Shown here: positions 58,966 through 64,000 of the stretch, piece after piece
Position numbering within the stretch: position 1 is the first letter of the stretch
Layout: the number at the start of each line of letters is the position of its first letter
Origin: Malacoraja senta
Lineage: Eukaryota
Length of the DNA stretch: 64,000 bases
Assembly: GCA_038087875.1 (NCBI GenBank)
Contig: CM075989.1
Span: forward strand, 248,001-312,000
Direction: 5' to 3'
The notes under the pieces: generated by a model
Seen by the model: the letters and a program-made list of their open reading frames with translations, nothing else
Told to the model about the DNA's origin: nothing
Database searches by the model: none
Program-made: the position numbers and the translations under genes

Positions 58966-59159
58966 TTAAAGGGCTTCAAACCACCGTTTAAAACATCGCG
59001 TTTAACGATGACGTCATCAGCGCGGTAACCAGAAGCTCCGGTAAGGTTTTTAAAAACAATCCCGATTTTCGGACCCGTTTTACACGATAAATCGTGAAGT
59101 TTTTCGGGAGAGGAGCTGGGTGCACGTCTGTTAGTCTAACATGACGCCACCGGAAGTCT

Positions 59160-59610
59160 TATTGATTATTGATTATTTAAAGGGTCAGAATGGTTCAGCA
59201 CAGGAACCTGACTAACACTCGGGGCTAAAGAATGGATGAAATGCTATACTCTGAAATGTACGAATATATCTCGAATGAAGTTTTTTATTTTAATACATTT
59301 TTCCATTCTTCTTTAACTATCTTTTTCTTTTCTGTTTTTTTTTTTTTTTTGTGGTTGTTTTTTTTGGGGGTTTTTTTTTCTTTCTTTCTCTCTCTTTTCT
59401 TCTCTCTCTTTTCTTTCTTTACTTCATCTATCTTTTTAGTTCTATCTAGTTTAAAAAAGCAAAAAAGGCAAAAGGTATTGGAGACAATGTAATAATAATT
59501 GACAATATTATCAATTCAAAAATGTAAGACTGTTAATGATGTTAATAGGTTGTGTACTTATCACCAATAAAAAAATATTTTCAAAAAAAATAAATAATAA
59601 TAATAATAAT
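59160..59610 (+). mobile_element. 3' UTR and tail of another L1
   Basis: IDYLKG resembles the IAYLKG end of the L1-A ORF2; T-rich UTR, AATAAA at ~59566 and A/TAA tail. Confidence 0.55.
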
Positions 59611-60242
59611 GTAACAAGATAGGCAGTAAAATATCAGGAACGCAAACTTTGCCAGTCGAAGTAACCCAAAGAGAGGCGGAAGGTCTTTGATGGCAATTCG
59701 CCTGGCGCCACAGGACCGGTCCTAGGCCGATTGGACCGATTTTTCCAAATTTGACCCCGCGTTAATTTTCCGTATTTCATATGGAAATACAAATTCGCTA
59801 TGTTAAATAAAGATTTTAAAAAAACATACGGATTTTTACAAAACGAACAAGGGTAACAAACGATGTGTTAACTGCTACTTGCTAACAGCCAGTAGTTATA
59901 CAATGCATCGATCCACATTCCTCAGTAAATGCGTTAAATTGTGTCACTCGCTGCCGCCGGAGCAGACCCGGGGGGGGGGGGGGGTGTGTGGTAAGTACCG
60001 GGCTCTGGGGGGGAGTCTACAGGGCAGCAAGCCCCAGCACCGCAGCAAACGCAGCCGTGAGTATTCAATGCCAAATGCCGGGTGCGGGCAGACGGGTCGT
60101 GTGTGCGTGTGGTGGGGTGGGTGGGTTGTGTTAACTCGTTCGGTGCCGTACAACAGCAGACCTGGTTGGAGGTTTGAGTCTGTGTTAACATTGGTGTCGG
60201 GGTTAATGTCCGGGTCGGGGTACGGGTGGGATTTAACCCTGC

Positions 60243-60281
60243 GTGTGTGTGTCTGTCTGTGTGTGTCTGTCTCTCTCTGTG

Positions 60282-60321
<40 letters not shown>

Positions 60322-60420
60322 TCTGTGGCTGTGTGTGTCTGTGTTTCTGTGGCTGTGTGTGTGTGGGTGTGTCTCTCTATCTGCGTGTGTGTCTGGGTGT
60401 GTCTCTGTTTGTGTGTGTGG
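60243..60420. repeat. Imperfect (TG)n/(TC)n microsatellite
   Basis: Directly visible. Confidence 0.95.
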
Positions 60421-60616
60421 GGGGGACAGTGGAGAGACAGAGAGAGGGGGGATTTTCAGTTTGCAAACCACTCGTTTTCAGTTGGACACGATTACTGTCA
60501 TTACGAGCAGCTCACGGAGCAGAGTCTCGGCTCGGATCTCATACTGCTCAGCTCTCACACACACACTCGTGTGGGGGACTTCAGATATAAACGTGGCTGG
60601 GGGAAGAGGAGTGGGG

Positions 60617-60617
<1 letters not shown>

Positions 60618-60662
<45 letters not shown>
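60618..60662. repeat. (GA)n microsatellite
   Basis: Directly visible. Confidence 0.97.
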
Positions 60663-60665
<3 letters not shown>

Positions 60666-60894
60666 GGAGAGAGAGTTCACCCTTCTGCCTCACCACCCCT
60701 GTTGGCTGCCCTTTGTGAGGTGATTGGAGACCAAAACCAGATACCCTTTAGATCTCCCTCTCACTACCTCCCTCCCCCTCCCTCTGCCTCCTTTAGAGAG
60801 GGGTGGAGCATGAAGGAAGGGGGCATAGGGGAGAGAGGAGTGTGACCTTCTCTGACCCCCCCCCCTCCTCTATGGAGCGAAGGAAATATGCATT

Positions 60895-60921
60895 GTTTCG
60901 GGTCGAAACCCTTCTTCAGAC
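60895..60921 (-). mobile_element. Penelope-derived hammerhead-like motif
   Basis: Minus strand reads GTCTGAAGAAGGGTTTCGACCCGAAAC. Confidence 0.65.
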
Positions 60922-61013
60922 CCGGCCCGACACTTAGGCTAATTCCTTCACTCCATAGATGCTGCCTCAAGCCCTGTCCCACTGTGTGTTCACCCAAGAC
61001 CTCTTCCGAGTTT

Positions 61014-61689
61014 AAAATCTCTGTGTAGCATCTCTGTCCCTATCTTCAAATTCCCACTTTGAAATGAAATACAATTTTCGACTTAAAAACTACGCAGCAG
61101 GATCGCGATTAGTCGATTCCCACGCATTTTCAATCATCGTTCGATTCAGTGTAATTTTCACACCTGGTTGATATAGGTTGTTTTTTAAAGATACAGTACA
61201 TTACAATAAATAGTTTCAAGCATACCTGGTACTAAACACACGAACATTAAGGTGGTTACTGATGTTACAAACGGTTATAAATGAATATAATTTCAAAGTG
61301 AAATAGGAGATTTCCGTGGAAAGAATATTTAACCAGAATATGGTGAGGTCGCTGCAAAATGCTCACTTAAAACAATACGCCGTCAACTTAGGGTTGTTTC
61401 TTAGCCCTCTGACTGGTGTTTCAATCTCACCTCATAGCTCGCAGTTAATCGATTCGTAGCTATTAATTTTCATTCCTGGTCCATATCGAACTTCTCCAAA
61501 TGCAAACGCTTCAAGTTATGCTTCTTGTGAGGTGGTAAGGGGGGTGGGGGGGGGGGGGGAGAATGCTAGGCTAAAATACCATATATTTGCATTTATATAG
61601 CGACCCTGCGAAATTTTTAAATCACAAGTTGCATTTTATTTCAAAGTGGGAATTGGAAGATAGGGACAAAGATGCTACACAGAGATTTT
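61014..61689. mobile_element. MITE with ~75-bp terminal inverted repeats
   Basis: 61014-61089 is the reverse complement of 61614-61689 with few mismatches. Confidence 0.75.
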
Positions 61690-61980
61690 GATAGGAAGGA
61701 AACGTTACAGCAGCTGAGTAAAAGATCGGTCAAATGGTAGGTTCAATGAAGATCGGGTGAAGGGGATTGGGGGTGGGGGGAAAGTATCTATAGCTTGGGA
61801 CTTGCCTAAATGAGTACTGAGATGGATTACCATTCCACACCAAATTTCTTAAACAATAATACCTTTTATGCAATTATCACAATAGTTTGTTGGATTATGG
61901 ATCGTACTCTGTATGGTACATGCTCGTAAATTAGTAAAACAAATGTAAACGGACAGCGCTGCTGGGGGGGGGGGGGGGGA

Positions 61981-62540
61981 GGGGAGAGTTCCTTTCACAG
62001 CGTGTGGGTAGTCTGTCCAGGGGTAAAGTTGCGGGGAGGTTGAGAAAGAGGGGGTCGGCCGGGGATCATCCAGCTCAAGAGCGGGTCAGCGGGCGATGGA
62101 TAACAGGACAGCGGGCGGTGGAGCTTACTCCATATGTCAGTGCTAGTAACCTCAATTGATCCCTTGTTCGCGCTGACACAGGAGTAAGCTCCACCGCCCG
62201 CTGTGATGTTATCCATCACCTGCTGACCCACTCCGCTCTATGATCTTTGCTCTTGAGCTGGTCCCCTCACTGTTCAGACGGAGAGCACTGCCAAAGGTGA
62301 GCGGGCCGGCAGAAGGCACTGAGATGGCAGTCCGTTCCGCTGTCCGGTGATGGCGGCCGCTCGTAGCCACACGAGCTGCTTCTCTCCCTGGCCACAATGC
62401 GGTGGCGCCCGGAGCTCCGCGGCAGCGGTGAGTGAGTGTTACTGGCATGAACACCGACCCCCTCCTTCTCAACGCTCCTTCCCTCCTCGCAACTTTACCC
62501 CTGGGTAGACTCCCCACACGCTGTGAAAGGAACTCTCCCC
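61981..62540. mobile_element. Foldback element with outer TIRs and inner long hairpin
   Basis: GGGGAGAGTTCCTTTCACAGCGTGTGGG at the left end and its exact complement at the right end; inner arms at ~62071-62140 and ~62170-62260. Confidence 0.75.
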
Positions 62541-62596
62541 CGAATTGTCATGTTACTCACGACACGTGACTCATTTATAATTATTTATTTATATTT

Positions 62597-64000
62597 CTAC
62601 GAAAATATTTCCCAATTGGGCCCCGCAATTGGGAAATATTTGTGGCGCCATTTGGCAATTTCCTTTGCTGGGGCGTCCCCCTGCAGTTGCAAGATTTCCT
62701 GCATGTCTGCACGAATCTCCCAAAGGTACCATAAGGGTCTGGGCAGTTGCTGCATCGTGAGCAGCGCGATCGGCAGTGCGGTTGCCGCAGGAAATTGGAT
62801 CCTAAAGAATTTGTATGTGCAGCACAACTTTATTATGGCTGGCATCTCCGGTAAGGTAATAGCATATAACAAATATGAGACAAACAGGGCATTTTTAATG
62901 GGAGACCCTGTTGCAGTTAGAAAACCTCGGTGCTGCCAAAGGGAATCAAAATCATGGGCCACTCCAAAGGCATATCGTGAATCAGTGTAAATATTAGTAA
63001 TCTGTCCAGTCACGAAAATACAGGCACAGGTTAATGCAAAAAGCTCTGCTTGCTGCACAGATAGGGGCTGTTGAAAAGCTGCACTATCAAGGACATCTAG
63101 GTCTTTAGTTACTGCATAACCCGCACATCGGTGGCCCATATGGTCAATATAGGAAGACACATCAACAAAAATATCAGGTGTGTCAGGTAGGGGAGCGTCA
63201 ATAAGGTCTGTACGAGACTGAGTAAAAGCGTCATTATAGGCCAAACAGTCGTGAGGCATATCAATCATGTGTGTAGGTACGTCTTGTAAAAAGGTAGCGG
63301 GGTTAATAACTGAACAGTGGTAGAAATGCAAGTTTGTATTAGTCAGTAGAGCAAGTTCATAACGATCATGTCGTGCTTGGGACATCTGCTGGGATCGCCG
63401 TGAGTTCAGCAACGCCACAATAGCGTGTTCAGTATAGACGGAAATGGGCTGGTGTAAGGTAATGTTGGCAACAGCTACCATGGCATGTAAGGCTGGAAGG
63501 ATCTGTGTACATGGTGGGTAGCCGCGGGCAACGGCGTCTAATTTAGAGGAATAGTATTGTACCGGTCGTCGGAGAATCCCGTGGTACTGTGTCAGCACTG
63601 CCGTAGCACAGCCTACGGTAACATAGAGTTGAAATGGTTGGTCATAAAGAGGTCTACCTATCGCTGGGGCTGCTTTTAGCCAGGACATCTTTTAATTCAT
63701 CAAATGCCTGCAGTTGTTCCACTGTCATAGAGAATTTCTGTGGTGCTTTAACGGAAGATAACGGCGAGAGGTGTTGAGAAAACAGAGCCACGTTTGGAAT
63801 CCATTGTCGGCAAAAGTTCATCAGTCCCAGGAAAGGTCTTATGCCTTTAGGTGTTGCAGGAGGTTCAAATTTCAGAATTGAAGTCAGGCGAGTCTAAGTG
63901 AGTGATCTCTCCGTAGCACTGATAGTGACACCTAGAAAAAGGACTGAAGACTGATTAGATTTCACTTTCCGCGTAGGTATCACATAACCTAAAGAATGCA
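62597..64000 (-). pseudogene. Class I (gamma/epsilon-like) endogenous retrovirus pol remnant: RT thumb, connection, RNase H
   Basis: FLGLMNFCRQWIP, PFQLYV, RPVQYYSSKLDAVARGYPPC, QQAELFAL, NIYTDSRYAFGVAH and RGFLT..G.PIKN. Confidence 0.9.

Larger units (their letters stand above)
53258..59158 (-). mobile_element. L1-clade LINE with intact 5' end and both ORFs intact; 3' end lost in the gap
   Basis: 5' end GACTTCCGGTGGCGTCATG, CpG-rich UTR, ORF1, 803-bp spacer and 1263-aa ORF2. Confidence 0.95.

Noticed and set aside
59879..60723. Several ORFs with CVCV, THTH and RERE runs
   Set aside because: Translations of TG and GA microsatellites.

Overview
This is eukaryotic, vertebrate-type DNA and almost entirely transposon-derived. 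A cartilaginous fish (skate or ray) is likely; that is my inference from the CR1 3' tails and the Penelope repeats, not a database result. Bases 1-48 kb are deeply nested retroelements: several CR1 LINE families (zinc-finger/coiled-coil plus SGNH-esterase ORF1), L1-clade LINEs, a Crack/L2-group LINE, Rex1/Babar, Penelope fragments with hammerhead cores, and a CsRn1-clade Gypsy. The same stretch holds THAP-remnant TIR elements with AT target-site duplications (TSDs) and a ~5.4-kb tandem segmental duplication. At 48-52 kb a CpG island precedes one intact, effector-less C2H2 zinc-finger gene and a pseudogenised tandem paralogue. After these come a probable solo LTR, a 200-N gap, an L1 with both ORFs intact, two foldback elements and a class I ERV pol remnant. 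The best lead is that all four CR1 ORF1/ORF2 junctions carry the slippery heptamer T_TTA_AAC directly before the ORF1 stop, with ORF2 in the -1 frame. In family B there is no AUG before the endonuclease domain, suggesting coronavirus-style -1 ribosomal frameshifting. Other leads are ORF1/ORF2 module swapping among CR1 families, a TSD-flanked 98-bp hammerhead-bearing insertion, an L1 5' inversion and four-level nesting.
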